From NCBI GenBank assembly GCA_046483495.1, contig JAWODC010000044.1, forward strand, positions 64,001 through 128,000: a stretch of DNA of 64,000 nt. The letters are read 5' to 3'. Each line of letters starts with the position of its first letter. Position 1 is the stretch's first letter. Made by a program: the position numbers and the translations under genes. A model generated the notes under the pieces. The model searched no databases, was not told the DNA's origin, and worked only from the letters and a program-made list of their open reading frames with translations. Origin of the DNA: Desulfobacterales bacterium. Its GTDB lineage: Bacteria > Desulfobacterota > Desulfobacteria > Desulfobacterales > UBA5616. Shown one piece after another: positions 27,683 to 38,529 of the stretch.

Positions 27683-27790
27683 GGGCGGGGATAACCCAGC
27701 CCTAACACAGACCCCCAAAAAGCGGCGGAATCGGGAAATGGGGCGGGTATAAATTCCGCCCCTACGGGTCCCCCTAAACGCGGGGGCATC
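27683..27790. repeat. Two GTAG-type REP-like palindromes plus a GC hairpin
   Basis: Minus-strand readings GTTAGGGCTGGG-TTAT-CCCCGCCC (27683-27706) and GTAGGGGCGGAAT-TTAT-ACCCGCCCC (27740-27765). Confidence 0.65.
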
Positions 27791-27878
27791 CTCTCATCGG
27801 TTCACCTTCCAGGGTCATCCTCATTTTTAACCGAGTCCGTCCGGAAACGGAAAAATTCAATTTCCGGATGGGCGCTGA

Positions 27879-30128
27879 CTATTTAATATTTCGAAATCTG
27901 AACGTCAGGCGGTCTTTCGTCATCCCTATGGACACCTTGCCGCCTTTCACCAATTCACCGAACAGAATCTTATCGGACAGCACATCTTTAATCTCCGTTT
28001 GAATGACGCGCGCCAGCGGCCTGGCACCGTACCGTGGATCATACCCTTTTCGGGCCAGCCAGGTACGTACTTTGTCGGAAATGGACAGGCTGACATTTTT
28101 TGCCGCCAACTGGGTGTTGAGTTCCTTCATAAACTTATTGACGATCTGCTTCATGATCTGCAGATTCAGGGCATTGAAATAAATAATGCCGTCCAACCGG
28201 TTTCTGAATTCCGGATTGAACAGGTTTTCAATGGCTTTTTTCCCCTTATCTTCGGCATGAACCGTAGTGGCTTTTCCGAAGCCGATGCTCTGGCTGCTCA
28301 TTTCCCGTGCACCGGCATTGGACGTCATCATAACGATAACATTTCTGAAGTCGGCTTTTTTGCCGTTGTTATCCGTCAAGGTGGCGTGGTCCAGCACCTG
28401 AAGAAGAATATTGAACAGGTCGGGATGCGCCTTCTCTATTTCATCGAGAAGCAAAACGCTGTATGGATGTTTTCGGATTTCATCGGTCAACAGACCACCC
28501 TGTTCGAACCCGATATAGCCCGGCGGCGCCCCGATAAGTCGAGCCACGGCATGCTTTTCCATATACTCGCTCATATCGAACCGAATAAACTGCACCCCGA
28601 GGTTCGCGGCCACTTGTTTTGCAACTTCGGTTTTTCCGACACCTGTCGGGCCGGTGAATAGAAACGAACCGATGGGCTTTCCCGGTGTCGCCAACCCGGC
28701 TCTGGATCGCTTTATGGCGGTTACCAGTGACGCTATAGCGGTGTCCTGACCGAAGACCACCGATTTCAACCGGCTCTCAAGGCTTTCCAGTTTCGACTTA
28801 TCCGATGTGGACACGCTGACGGTTGGAATTTTCGCCATTCTCGAGACAATTTTTTCGATATCCGACGGGTGAATGCGCTTGCGCCTTGATTCCCCATACA
28901 GCGTAATATAGGCGCCGGCCTCGTCGATAACATCGATGGCCTTGTCCGGAAGGTAACGATCATTGATGTATTTCGCTGAAAGTTCCGCCGCAGCGAATAA
29001 GGCCGATTCGGTGTATTCAATATTGTGGTGCTCCTCGTACCTTGATTTAAGGCCCTTTAAAATATCGACGGTTTCTTCCACCGGCGGTTCTGAAATTTCA
29101 ATTTTTTCAAACCGCCTGGACAGCGCCCGGTCTTTTTCAAAATGGTTTTTGTACTCTTCATACGTTGTCGATCCGATACAGCGAATTTCACCCGATGCCA
29201 ATACGGGCTTTAAAATATTGGACGCATCCATCGAGCCGCTGCTGGTCGCCCCGGCACCGACGATCGTATGTATTTCATCGATAAACAGTATGGCATCTTT
29301 CCGCATTTTGAGTTCGGTAATGACATTTTTCAGGCGCTGTTCGAAATCGCCTCTGAATTTCGTACCGGCAAGGAGGGCGCCCAGGTCCAGGGACAAAATG
29401 CGGATGTCTTTCAACGGTTCCGGTGCTTCCCCCCTGCAGATTTTTTGGGCAAGCCCCTCGGCAAGTGCCGTTTTCCCCACGCCGGGATCCCCGACGAACA
29501 CGGGGTTGTTTTTCCGTCTTCGGCATAAGACCTGCAAGGTTCTCTGCATCTCATGCGATCTTCCGATCAGCGGGTCCAACATTCCGTAATATGCCAGCTC
29601 CACCAGGTCCGTGGTATACTGCATCAGTGCATCCGATTTTTTCTTCGCAACCCCCGACTGGACCCGGGGTGATTCACCGGGATCCTGCCGGTGCCTGCCG
29701 TTTGAGACCCTGTGAGAGATGTAATTGAGCACATCGAGCCGGGTTACCCCTTCCGCTCTTAGAAAATAAGCGGCATGAGATTCCTTTTCCTGAAAAATGG
29801 ATGCCAGAATATCACCGATGGTGACCTCGTTCTTTTCGGCGGAACGTACGTGATTGACGGCCCGCTGTATCACCCGCTGAAAAGCGACGGTTTGTTGAAG
29901 CACATAGTCATTGCCCTCGGGAATGGTGTCTATCCGCTGTTCCAGATAGTTTTCGATGGAATGTGCCAATCGCTCGACATTTCCGCCGCAGGTTTCGATG
30001 ATGTCCACACCCGAATTTTCATTGAGAATAGCGAACAGCATGTGTTCGACACAAACGTATTCATGGCGCCGTCGTTTTGCCTCTTTCACGGCAAACCCCA
30101 ATGTGGCGCTGAGTTCTTTACTTATCAT
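27879..30128 (-). CDS. clpA: ATP-dependent Clp protease ATP-binding subunit ClpA
   Basis: Two AAA+ modules (GDPGVGKT, GPTGVGKT), IGF loop, no middle coiled-coil domain; next to clpS. Confidence 0.96.
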   Translation of the reverse strand: MISKELSATLGFAVKEAKRRRHEYVCVEHMLFAILNENSGVDIIETCGGNVERLAHSIENYLEQRIDTIPEGNDYVLQQTVAFQRVIQRAVNHVRSAEKNEVTIGDILASIFQEKESHAAYFLRAEGVTRLDVLNYISHRVSNGRHRQDPGESPRVQSGVAKKKSDALMQYTTDLVELAYYGMLDPLIGRSHEMQRTLQVLCRRRKNNPVFVGDPGVGKTALAEGLAQKICRGEAPEPLKDIRILSLDLGALLAGTKFRGDFEQRLKNVITELKMRKDAILFIDEIHTIVGAGATSSGSMDASNILKPVLASGEIRCIGSTTYEEYKNHFEKDRALSRRFEKIEISEPPVEETVDILKGLKSRYEEHHNIEYTESALFAAAELSAKYINDRYLPDKAIDVIDEAGAYITLYGESRRKRIHPSDIEKIVSRMAKIPTVSVSTSDKSKLESLESRLKSVVFGQDTAIASLVTAIKRSRAGLATPGKPIGSFLFTGPTGVGKTEVAKQVAANLGVQFIRFDMSEYMEKHAVARLIGAPPGYIGFEQGGLLTDEIRKHPYSVLLLDEIEKAHPDLFNILLQVLDHATLTDNNGKKADFRNVIVMMTSNAGAREMSSQSIGFGKATTVHAEDKGKKAIENLFNPEFRNRLDGIIYFNALNLQIMKQIVNKFMKELNTQLAAKNVSLSISDKVRTWLARKGYDPRYGARPLARVIQTEIKDVLSDKILFGELVKGGKVSIGMTKDRLTFRFRNIK

Positions 30129-30132
30129 TTCC

Positions 30133-30441
30133 TTATTCCTTTTCCATAACGCATTTCAATGGAAAGCCGTTTTCCCTGGCAAGGGAATGAACCATATCCA
30201 CTTTGGTTTCGGCAACCTCAAACGGATAAACACCGCAAATTCCTAATCCGCTTCGGTGAACGTTCAACATAATGGCAATGGCCTCATCACTTTTTTTGTG
30301 GAAAACATACCGGAGGATCTCCACGACAAACTCCATTGTAGTATAATCGTCATTCAACAGCATCACTTTGTAAAAAGGCGGTTCGTCCACTTGCTGTTGG
30401 ACTTCCGTCTCTTCCCCCACCTGGGGCTTTTCATGTGCCAT
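30133..30441 (-). CDS. clpS: Clp protease adaptor ClpS
   Basis: YKVMLLNDDYTTMEFVV, MLNVHRSG, AETKV, FPL. Confidence 0.96.
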   Translation of the reverse strand: MAHEKPQVGEETEVQQQVDEPPFYKVMLLNDDYTTMEFVVEILRYVFHKKSDEAIAIMLNVHRSGLGICGVYPFEVAETKVDMVHSLARENGFPLKCVMEKE

Positions 30442-30473
30442 TTGAGCATATCCCCGGCAAACACCATATTTTT

Positions 30474-30514
30474 ATTGAAATGCATAGCTGCATTCCTGTC
30501 AATTTAATTAAATT
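30474..30514 (-). promoter_or_regulatory. Putative clpS promoter with adjacent 14-bp palindrome
   Basis: Minus-strand TTGACA-N17-TTCAAT; perfect palindrome AATTTAATTAAATT at 30501-30514. Confidence 0.45.
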
Positions 30515-30613
30515 ATAATCATTCAAGACGACCTTTGTAAAGGGCATAATGAATGCACATCTACAGAAGCGCATGCATATTCAAAGACGCCGGCCACCTG
30601 CGGCTGCGGCTTT

Positions 30614-33151
30614 TTATCTGCCACAGCATTTTTTATACTTTTTGCCGCTTCCGCAGGGGCATGGATCGTTTCTGCCGACTTTTTTGTTCGATCGTTTGGC
30701 CGGCGTTTTTTTTTGGCTTTCTCCATCCCCGCCGCCGCCGGAATACACCAGGTTTTGCTGTTGAGGCCGTTTTTGAATCGTGTCCACCTCCTCGGGCTTT
30801 GCCACTTCGATCCTGTAGAGGATGCCGATGGTTTCTTCTTTGATGCGTTCGATCATATCGGCAAACAGCTCGAACCCCTCTTTCTTGTATATCAACAGCG
30901 GATTTTGCTGGGCATATCCGCGAAGGCCTATCCCCTCTTTTAAATGATCCATGCTCAACAAATGATCTTTCCAGAGGGCGTCGACCGTCTGCAGCATAAC
31001 CATTCTTTCCAAGTGCCGCATCTGTTCCGGACCGATGGTTTTTTCCTTCTCATCGTATTTTTCATATGCCCGCTCGATGAGCAGATCAACCAAACCTTCA
31101 CTGTCGAGCCCATCCAGCGTATCGTTATCGAAGTGATCCAATTGAAATCCGAATTGTTTGAAAAAGGCCTGGCGTATTCCATCCCAGTCCCAATCCGCCG
31201 CAGGTGTTCGGTCATCCGGATACGGTTCGATAATGATCCGGCTTCTGTCCTCGATCATCTCTTTGATGGTCGATTTCAAATCAGCGCCGGTCAATGCCTC
31301 TCTCCGCTGGCGGTAAATGACCTCACGCTGCTGGTTCATCACGTCATCATACTCGATGAGGTGTTTTCGTATATCGAAATTGTGCGCTTCCACTTTCGCC
31401 TGGGCGTTCTCAACCGCCCTGCTGATGAGATTGTGCTCGATGGGTTCCCCGTCTTCCATGCCCAATCGCTCCATAATACCGGTGATTCGCTCGCCGCCGA
31501 AGATGCGAAGAAGATCATCCTCGAGTGCCATATAAAAACGCGAAGATCCGGGGTCTCCCTGCCTGCCTGAGCGACCCCTCAACTGATTGTCGATTCGTCT
31601 GGATTCATGACGCTCTGTTCCCAGGATGTGAAGACCGCCGAGTTCGGTGACACCTTCACCCAGCACGATATCCGTCCCCCTTCCAGCCATGTTGGTTGAA
31701 ATGGTAACCGCCCCTTTCTGACCGGCCATGGAAACAATTTCCGCTTCCTTCTGATGATTTTTTGCATTCAGGACTTCATGGGGGACGCCTCTTTTGCTCA
31801 ATTTTTTGCTCAGGCTTTCCGATACGTCAATCGAAATGGTGCCCACGAGCACCGGTTGTCCCTTTCGATTCAGGGACACGATTTCATCGAGTGCCGCCTC
31901 GTATTTTTCGCGTTTGGTTTTATAGATCACATCCGAAAAATCGTTACGAATCATGGGCTTGTTCGTGGGAATAACCATGACATCGAGATCATAGATCTTT
32001 TTGAATTCGGCGGCTTCCGTATCCGCCGTGCCGGTCATGCCCGCAAGCTTGTCATACATTCTAAAGTAATTTTGAAAGGTGATCGTGGCCAGTGTCTGGT
32101 TTTCATTCTCTATTTTTACATTTTCCTTTGCCTCGAGAGCCTGGTGAAGCCCCTCGCTGTATCGTCGTCCCGGCATTAAACGGCCGGTAAACTCGTCGAC
32201 AATAATCACCTCGCCGTTTTTTACGATGTAGTCGACATCCCTCTTGAAAAGGGTGTGGGCCTTAAGTGCCTGATTGATATGGTGAAGCAATTCGATGTGT
32301 TTCTGGTCGTATAAATTATCCACCTGAAGCAGCTTTTCACACTTGGCAATGCCCTCTTCCGTCATGACGGAATTTCGGGCTTTTTCATCGATGGTGTAAT
32401 CCTCGTCCCGGGTTAATTTGGGAATAACAGTATTCACCTGATAGTACAGGTGGGTCGATTTTTCGGCCGGACCCGATATGATCAAAGGCGTTCGCGCTTC
32501 ATCGATCAGGATGCTGTCAACCTCGTCTACAATGGCGAAATTCAGCTCTTTCTGCACGATGGACTCATAGTTGAATTTCATGTTATCCCGGAGATAGTCA
32601 AAACCGAATTCGTTGTTTGTGCCATAGGTAATTTCCGAATTGTATGCGTCCTTTCGTTCGGCATCGCTCATACCGTGCACGATGGTGCCCACTGAAAGCC
32701 CCAAGAAACGGTAAATTTGGCCCATCCATTCCGTGTCTCTTCGGGCGAGGTAATCATTGACCGTTATGATGTGGACGCCTTTGCCGGTAAGAGCATTCAG
32801 ATACGCCGGAAGGGTCGCGACCAGGGTCTTGCCCTCACCGGTTTTCATTTCAGCGATTTTCCCCTCGTGCAGAACGATGCCCCCGATAAGCTGGACATCG
32901 AAATGTCGCATGTTCACGGTTCTGAGGGAAGCCTCACGCACGACGGCAAATGCTTCCGGAATAAGCTCATCCAGCGGTTGGCCGTTATTTATCCGCTGCT
33001 TGAAAATATTCGTCTGCCCTCTGAGTTCATCATCGGACATCTGTTTATAAGTGGATTCCAGATCATTAATCGATTGAATGACCGGCTGCAGTTTTTTCAG
33101 CTCCCGTTCGTTTTTGCTTCCAATAAGTGCTGTCAGTAATCTGGTTATCAT
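30614..33151 (-). CDS. secA: Preprotein translocase subunit SecA
   Basis: [45 protein letters not shown]-terminal [19 protein letters not shown]. Confidence 0.98.
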   Translation of the reverse strand: MITRLLTALIGSKNERELKKLQPVIQSINDLESTYKQMSDDELRGQTNIFKQRINNGQPLDELIPEAFAVVREASLRTVNMRHFDVQLIGGIVLHEGKIAEMKTGEGKTLVATLPAYLNALTGKGVHIITVNDYLARRDTEWMGQIYRFLGLSVGTIVHGMSDAERKDAYNSEITYGTNNEFGFDYLRDNMKFNYESIVQKELNFAIVDEVDSILIDEARTPLIISGPAEKSTHLYYQVNTVIPKLTRDEDYTIDEKARNSVMTEEGIAKCEKLLQVDNLYDQKHIELLHHINQALKAHTLFKRDVDYIVKNGEVIIVDEFTGRLMPGRRYSEGLHQALEAKENVKIENENQTLATITFQNYFRMYDKLAGMTGTADTEAAEFKKIYDLDVMVIPTNKPMIRNDFSDVIYKTKREKYEAALDEIVSLNRKGQPVLVGTISIDVSESLSKKLSKRGVPHEVLNAKNHQKEAEIVSMAGQKGAVTISTNMAGRGTDIVLGEGVTELGGLHILGTERHESRRIDNQLRGRSGRQGDPGSSRFYMALEDDLLRIFGGERITGIMERLGMEDGEPIEHNLISRAVENAQAKVEAHNFDIRKHLIEYDDVMNQQREVIYRQRREALTGADLKSTIKEMIEDRSRIIIEPYPDDRTPAADWDWDGIRQAFFKQFGFQLDHFDNDTLDGLDSEGLVDLLIERAYEKYDEKEKTIGPEQMRHLERMVMLQTVDALWKDHLLSMDHLKEGIGLRGYAQQNPLLIYKKEGFELFADMIERIKEETIGILYRIEVAKPEEVDTIQKRPQQQNLVYSGGGGDGESQKKTPAKRSNKKVGRNDPCPCGSGKKYKKCCGR

Positions 33152-33357
33152 TTGTCGGAAAATCCTCCTGGTATTTATGCTCGCGCCCCCGGCATGTTTC
33201 CAAAGCGCCCCAAATGCTATTTTCTTTAACACTTGCGCGGTGAATCAATCAACAGGTTAATGACGACATGCCGAACGAACCGAGTCCGTCCGATAATGTG
33301 CCGCAACCGATGTATTGGATCAATTGAATGGGTTGGGAAAATTATTCCGGATGGAAT

Positions 33358-34290
33358 TTAATTGAGGATATATTTCTCAGGATTTACTTGAATACCATTT
33401 AACAAAACTTCGTAATGCAAATGGGAACCGGTGCTTCGCCCCGTATCCCCGACTTTTCCGATGATATCGCCCCGTTTGACCGCCTCGCCTCGTTTTTTGT
33501 TTATTTCGTCGAGATGAGCATAACGGGTAACCATACCGTACCCATGGTCAATAATGACCGTTTTGCCCAACGCCCATTTTTTCCCTGCAAAGCTGATCAC
33601 ACCGTCAGCCGATGCCTTGACATCGGAGCCTTTTCTCGCTGCAACATCCAAACCTTTATGGAACTCTTTTTGACCGGTAAACGGGCTGGTGCGGTAGCCG
33701 AATCGCGAAGATATCCATCCGTCGGCTGGAACGATGGACGGTGTTGCGGCCAGAAGATTCTGCCTTTCCCTGATGAGCCCGAACAACTGCTCAAGCGATT
33801 CCTGATGATGGGAGGTAAGCGTTTCCAGCTGATCCATCTGGACATGCATCTCCCGCAGCAGGGCGTTATTTCCGGAAGAAATGACGTTCCCGGCTTCCAG
33901 GTCTTCCGGCAGGGGTCCCCCCACTCCGAAAACCTCTTCCTGGTTGTCGCTTTCTTCCAGGTTGGCGATGATTTTTATCTTTTTTTCAAAATCATTCAAC
34001 GTCACGAGTTCGGCTTTTATTTCGTTGATTCTTTGGGCGAACAGATCGATCTGGCTTTTTTGGTGCTCGATATTTTCGTTCTGTCGAGTAACGATTTCTT
34101 CAAGATTCCCATTATGGATGTCACTGGATTTTAAACGAATATAATCCAAGAAAACCGCACCGGAAAAAAACAGGAAAAACAGAAGGAAAAAACCGACGAA
34201 GGTGACCAGCCGACCCGAAGCGACGATTTGCCGCACCTTGGTTCCCTTGTGATGCAAAACGAGAATGGTGAACCGTTTGTGTTTATGCAT
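33358..34290 (-). CDS. M23 family peptidase (N-terminal TM, coiled coil, LytM domain)
   Basis: HKGLD, YAHL, STGSHLHYEV motifs. Confidence 0.92.
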   Translation of the reverse strand: MHKHKRFTILVLHHKGTKVRQIVASGRLVTFVGFFLLFFLFFSGAVFLDYIRLKSSDIHNGNLEEIVTRQNENIEHQKSQIDLFAQRINEIKAELVTLNDFEKKIKIIANLEESDNQEEVFGVGGPLPEDLEAGNVISSGNNALLREMHVQMDQLETLTSHHQESLEQLFGLIRERQNLLAATPSIVPADGWISSRFGYRTSPFTGQKEFHKGLDVAARKGSDVKASADGVISFAGKKWALGKTVIIDHGYGMVTRYAHLDEINKKRGEAVKRGDIIGKVGDTGRSTGSHLHYEVLLNGIQVNPEKYILN

Positions 34291-34440
34291 TTCATCAACC
34301 CCGAATGCGCTCATACCAAACGAAATCCCGCTCGATCCGTTTTAAACCATATCCGCTGTTCTGGTATAAACAGTTGATTTTTAACACAGGGATGGAAATG
34401 GTGTCAAGACCTTAGGCCGTTTCGGCCGGAATGGGATCGG

Positions 34441-34479
34441 GCCGACGGGATGATCGTATGCGCCATCCATCCCGTCGGC
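34441..34479 (-). terminator. Strong hairpin downstream of folD
   Basis: GCCGACGGGATG...CATCCCGTCGGC, 12-bp perfect stem; no clear U-tract. Confidence 0.55.
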
Positions 34480-34533
34480 GTTATAGGAATCAGGGGAACC
34501 CGGTGACCGCCATTTAATAAACGGCATATGACA

Positions 34534-35442
34534 TTATTGGATGCCCAGCTTGAACTTAAGGGAGTTCAAGGTGTTTTTCATCAGCATGGTAATGGTCATC
34601 GGTCCAACGCCGCCCGGAACGGGGGTGATATAACCGGCGATTTCCTTGGCCGTGTCAAAATCGACATCTCCTCTCAAAATGGCGACTTTTTTGCCGGTTT
34701 TTTCACTTATTTTTTCTCCCACGCGATTGACGCCCACATCGACGACGCATGCGCCGGGTTTAATCCATTCGGGCTTGACGAGGTTTGGGACTCCGGCCGC
34801 CACGATGAGAATATCCGCACGTTTGCAGTGTTCGGCCATATCCTTGGTACGGGTATGAACGACCGTCACCGTGGAGTTGGCCCCGGGGCCTTTTTGCAGC
34901 ATCATATTGGCAATCGGTTTGCCGACGATATTGGAACGCCCGACGACTACCACCTCAGCGCCGCTGGTTTCAACACCCGCCCTGACGATCATCTCCTGGA
35001 TACCGGCAGGCGTACAGGGCGGAAACCTTACTTCACTTCCGCCGATCATGAGTCTCCCCACATTCACAGGGTGGAATCCATCCACATCCTTGTCCGGATC
35101 GATGGCGTTCAACACCTTTTTTTCATCGATGTGTTTGGGAAGGGGAAGCTGCACCAAAATGCCGTGAATGGCATCATCCTTATTGTACTTGTCAATCAGC
35201 GCAAGGAGAGCCTCCTCTGAAATGTCCGGGCTTTGATTATCCTGAATCTCATGGAACCCGACCCGGTGCGCGGTTTTAATTTTCAGGGTTACGTAAGAAA
35301 CAGAAGCGGGATTTTCACCCACCAGAATGGTGACCAACCCCGGAACCACGCCGTGCTTTTCTTTGATCTGCGACACTTCTTCCGTGATTTCATTCAGGAT
35401 TTCCTCCCGAATGTCCGTACCTTTAATTAATTTCGCCGTCAT
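34534..35442 (-). CDS. folD: Bifunctional methylenetetrahydrofolate dehydrogenase/cyclohydrolase
   Basis: GILVQLPLP, KDVDGFHP, PCTP, GRSNIVGKP, TPVPGGVGPMT. Confidence 0.97.
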   Translation of the reverse strand: MTAKLIKGTDIREEILNEITEEVSQIKEKHGVVPGLVTILVGENPASVSYVTLKIKTAHRVGFHEIQDNQSPDISEEALLALIDKYNKDDAIHGILVQLPLPKHIDEKKVLNAIDPDKDVDGFHPVNVGRLMIGGSEVRFPPCTPAGIQEMIVRAGVETSGAEVVVVGRSNIVGKPIANMMLQKGPGANSTVTVVHTRTKDMAEHCKRADILIVAAGVPNLVKPEWIKPGACVVDVGVNRVGEKISEKTGKKVAILRGDVDFDTAKEIAGYITPVPGGVGPMTITMLMKNTLNSLKFKLGIQ

Positions 35443-35554
35443 GTTTGTCTCCTTTCGCGTACATGGTCAAAAAAGCTTTTTCGAATAAGCCAAAAAGAAA
35501 ATACAGGCAACAAAAAAATCGAAATCCGGCCGACCTTTGCGGCCATGAAGATGC

Positions 35555-36592
35555 CTACAATGGATACGGCACCTGGTGCAGACCGGTGGCCTGATCCATG
35601 CCCATCATAATATTCATATTTTGCACCGCCTGCCCGGAAGCCCCTTTTACCAGATTGTCGATGGCTGAAACCAGCACCGCCCGCCTGCTCCGCTTATCCA
35701 CATGGAATCCGATATCACAAAAATTGGTCCCTCTGACATGCAGTGTGTTCGGCATTCGGCCCTCCGGGCAGAGCCGAATGAACGGCTGGGCTTCGAAATG
35801 AGAACGAAAGCATTGTCCGATATCCGCTTCACTCACGCCCTCCTGCAGCCCGACATACGTGGTCGTCAGCATGCCGCGGGTCATCGGCACCAGATGGGGT
35901 ACGAACGTAATGTGAATCGGCACACCCGCTTCGCGTTCCAGGACCTCCTCTATTTCAGGCGCATGGCGATGTTCGCCGACTTTGTAAGGCTTAAACGATT
36001 CGTTCACTTCACAAAAGTGGGAAGTGGGCGACAAGGAGCGCCCCGCCCCGCTCACGCCGGATTTGGAATCGGAAACAATGGTGTTTTCCACGATCAAGCT
36101 TTCTCTTATCAAGGGAATCAGCGGCAAAAGGATACTGGTGGGATAACATCCGGGATTTCCGACAAGCCGGGCCGGCCTGATGCTGTCGATGTACAGTTCA
36201 CTCAATCCGTATACCGCCTGTTTCAGAAGATCCGGAGCCGCATGCGGCTGGTAATAAGTTTCGTAACGTTCGATGTCCGAAAACCTGAAGTCGGCGGATA
36301 GATCGACAACCTTTATGCCGTTTTCGATCAAGGCCGGCACGATTTCCATGGGAACCTTATGCGGCAGGGCCGTAAAAATCAAATCCGCCGCAGAGCACAG
36401 CCGGTCAAGCAACATATCTTCACACACAAGGTCTATCACACCCGCCATAGCCGGATAGATATCACTGAATTTTTTTCCCGCATACTGCCGGGATGTAATG
36501 ATGCTTAATGCCGCTTCAGGATGGCCGGCCAGTATTCTGACAAGTTCCGCACCGGCATATCCGTTTGCTCCGACAACACCGACTCTGATCAT
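35555..36592 (-). CDS. argC: N-acetyl-gamma-glutamyl-phosphate reductase
   Basis: GANGYAG, DLSADFR, NPGCY, SGVSGAG, HRH, DNLVKGASGQAVQNMN; AAGGAGG RBS before ATG 36592. Confidence 0.96.
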   Translation of the reverse strand: MIRVGVVGANGYAGAELVRILAGHPEAALSIITSRQYAGKKFSDIYPAMAGVIDLVCEDMLLDRLCSAADLIFTALPHKVPMEIVPALIENGIKVVDLSADFRFSDIERYETYYQPHAAPDLLKQAVYGLSELYIDSIRPARLVGNPGCYPTSILLPLIPLIRESLIVENTIVSDSKSGVSGAGRSLSPTSHFCEVNESFKPYKVGEHRHAPEIEEVLEREAGVPIHITFVPHLVPMTRGMLTTTYVGLQEGVSEADIGQCFRSHFEAQPFIRLCPEGRMPNTLHVRGTNFCDIGFHVDKRSRRAVLVSAIDNLVKGASGQAVQNMNIMMGMDQATGLHQVPYPL

Positions 36593-36982
36593 ATATCCTC
36601 CTTGGTGCCCGTCCGGAAACGAGAAAATTTCAGGTAAAGGCGATGAAAAATGACCGCCCGGCATGTCAAGGATTTCCGGCCGACGCAGAAACGGCAACCT
36701 CTTTCCGGATAGGCACTTTTTAACGCAGCAGCTTCCCGTGCGATTTTCACCCGCCGTTTGGGCATCCGTTTTTAATGACGGGGTTGCCGCCGTATTTTCT
36801 TGCACTACGGCGAAATTTTTTACCTACCAGATCCAACGTTCATTATCAAGCAGTTGAATGATTTAAATGGATCAGTGTCTTATCTTCGATTCGCAGACGG
36901 AATCTATTGACAATGTCCCTTTAAAAATAATAGGTAATGAGTCCAGCAATATCCTACCAACCAACGTCGCAAGGAGAAAAGC

Positions 36983-38017
36983 ATGAAACGATTCGCTGTC
37001 GCAGCACTGATGCTCTTTTTTTCCACCGCCGTTTTGACGGCCTGGCCGGCCTCGGCATCCGCAGAAACGGTGAACCTGACTTACAGCATCTTTTTCCCGT
37101 CCACTCACGGCCAATGCGAAGCCGGAGTCGCCTGGGCTGAGGAAATCGAAAATCGATCGGACGGAAAAGTAAAAATTACCGTTTTTCCGGGCGGAACACT
37201 TACCAAAGCAAACCAAACCTTTGACGGCGTCGTCAATGGAATTACGGACATCGGAATGTCCTGCTTCGCCTATACGAGAGGCAGGTTCCCGGTGATGGAG
37301 GCCCTTGACCTTCCCTTAGGATACTCGAGTGGAACCGTAGCCACCCGTGTCGCCAACGAATTCTTCCAAATGAACAGTCCTCAGGAGTTGGATAATGTCA
37401 AAGTGCTGTACTTGCATGCCCATGGACCCGGACTGTTGCATACCCGCAAGCCGGTGAGAACGCTCACCGATATCCAAAAGATGAAAATACGCTCGACGGG
37501 ATTGAGCGCAAAAGTCGTGGAAGCTCTCGGCGGTGTGCCGGTGGCCATGGACCAGGGCGCCACCTACGAAGCGCTGCAAAAAGGAGTGGTCGAAGGGACG
37601 TTCGGGCCGATCGAAGTGCTCAAAGGATGGCGACAGGCCGAAGTGATTTCTCATACCACGGATTGCCACTCGATTGGATACACGACCACGATGTTCGTCG
37701 TGATGAACACATCGAAATGGAATGCACTGCCGGACGACTTAAAAAAGGTTTTTGAAGACGTGAGCAGCGAGTGGATCGCGGTCCATGGCAGCACTTGGGA
37801 TGAGGTTGATGAAGCCGGACGGCAGTACACACTGAGCCGCGGCAATGAAATCATTTCCCTCGACCCGGAGGAGCAAAACAAATGGAGGCGCGCGGTCCAG
37901 CCGGTGATTGCGGAATATGTCGAATCCGCTGCGGCAAAGGGAATTCCGGGGCAAAAATACGTAGACGATATCACCGGCCTGATTTCGACAATCACCCCGA
38001 ATTCCGAAGGAGAATAA
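36983..38017 (+). CDS. TRAP transporter substrate-binding protein (DctP family)
   Basis: Signal peptide; FPGGTL, GRFP, KIRS, YEALQKGVVEG, VMN..KWNALP. Confidence 0.92.
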   Translation: MKRFAVAALMLFFSTAVLTAWPASASAETVNLTYSIFFPSTHGQCEAGVAWAEEIENRSDGKVKITVFPGGTLTKANQTFDGVVNGITDIGMSCFAYTRGRFPVMEALDLPLGYSSGTVATRVANEFFQMNSPQELDNVKVLYLHAHGPGLLHTRKPVRTLTDIQKMKIRSTGLSAKVVEALGGVPVAMDQGATYEALQKGVVEGTFGPIEVLKGWRQAEVISHTTDCHSIGYTTTMFVVMNTSKWNALPDDLKKVFEDVSSEWIAVHGSTWDEVDEAGRQYTLSRGNEIISLDPEEQNKWRRAVQPVIAEYVESAAAKGIPGQKYVDDITGLISTITPNSEGE

Positions 38018-38018
38018 G

Positions 38019-38510
38019 TTGCTCGAAGAATCGGACCGGTGGATTGCAAAAACGGCATCTGCATTCAATCTGATGGCGGCTGCATGTGTGGCCGCCATGA
38101 TGGTGTTGACCTGTGCCGATGTTTTTCTGAGGCTTTTTCGCCGTCCCATTACCGGAACTTACGAACTGGTCGGATTTCTGGGCGCCCTTTTCGTTTCATT
38201 TTCGCTGGCCAACACCTCCGTACTGCGGGGACACATCGCCGTCAATTTCCTGGTTCAGCGGTTTTCACCCCGCACACGAGGCATGGTAATGCTTGTCAAC
38301 GACCTCATTGCCGCCATACTGTTTTTCCTGGTGACCTGGCAGTTCTTCGTGTATTCCCGGAGCCTGAAAGCGGCCGGTGAGGTTTCCATGACCCTACAGA
38401 TACCCGTTTACCCGATCGCCTGCGGCGTCGGTTTTGGAAGCGGACTTTTGTTTGTCGTGCTGTTTTTACGGTTTCTTAAATCATTCATCCTGTACGTTAA
38501 ATCCGATTAG
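38019..38510 (+). CDS. TRAP transporter small permease (DctQ)
   Basis: 4 TM segments; DVFLR..PITGTYEL, GHIAV; located between DctP and DctM. Confidence 0.9.
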   Translation: MLEESDRWIAKTASAFNLMAAACVAAMMVLTCADVFLRLFRRPITGTYELVGFLGALFVSFSLANTSVLRGHIAVNFLVQRFSPRTRGMVMLVNDLIAAILFFLVTWQFFVYSRSLKAAGEVSMTLQIPVYPIACGVGFGSGLLFVVLFLRFLKSFILYVKSD

Positions 38511-38529
38511 AAAAGAAGGACAATTGTGA

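Noticed and set aside
33152..33232. N-terminal extensions given by the ORF track (secA here; similarly argC, queC, ispD, MoaD, helicase)
   Set aside because: Family homology, and RBS position where one is visible, point to the downstream starts used in the feature list.
35443..35554. THF or ZTP riboswitch upstream of folD
   Set aside because: Short A/T-rich spacer without the conserved motifs.
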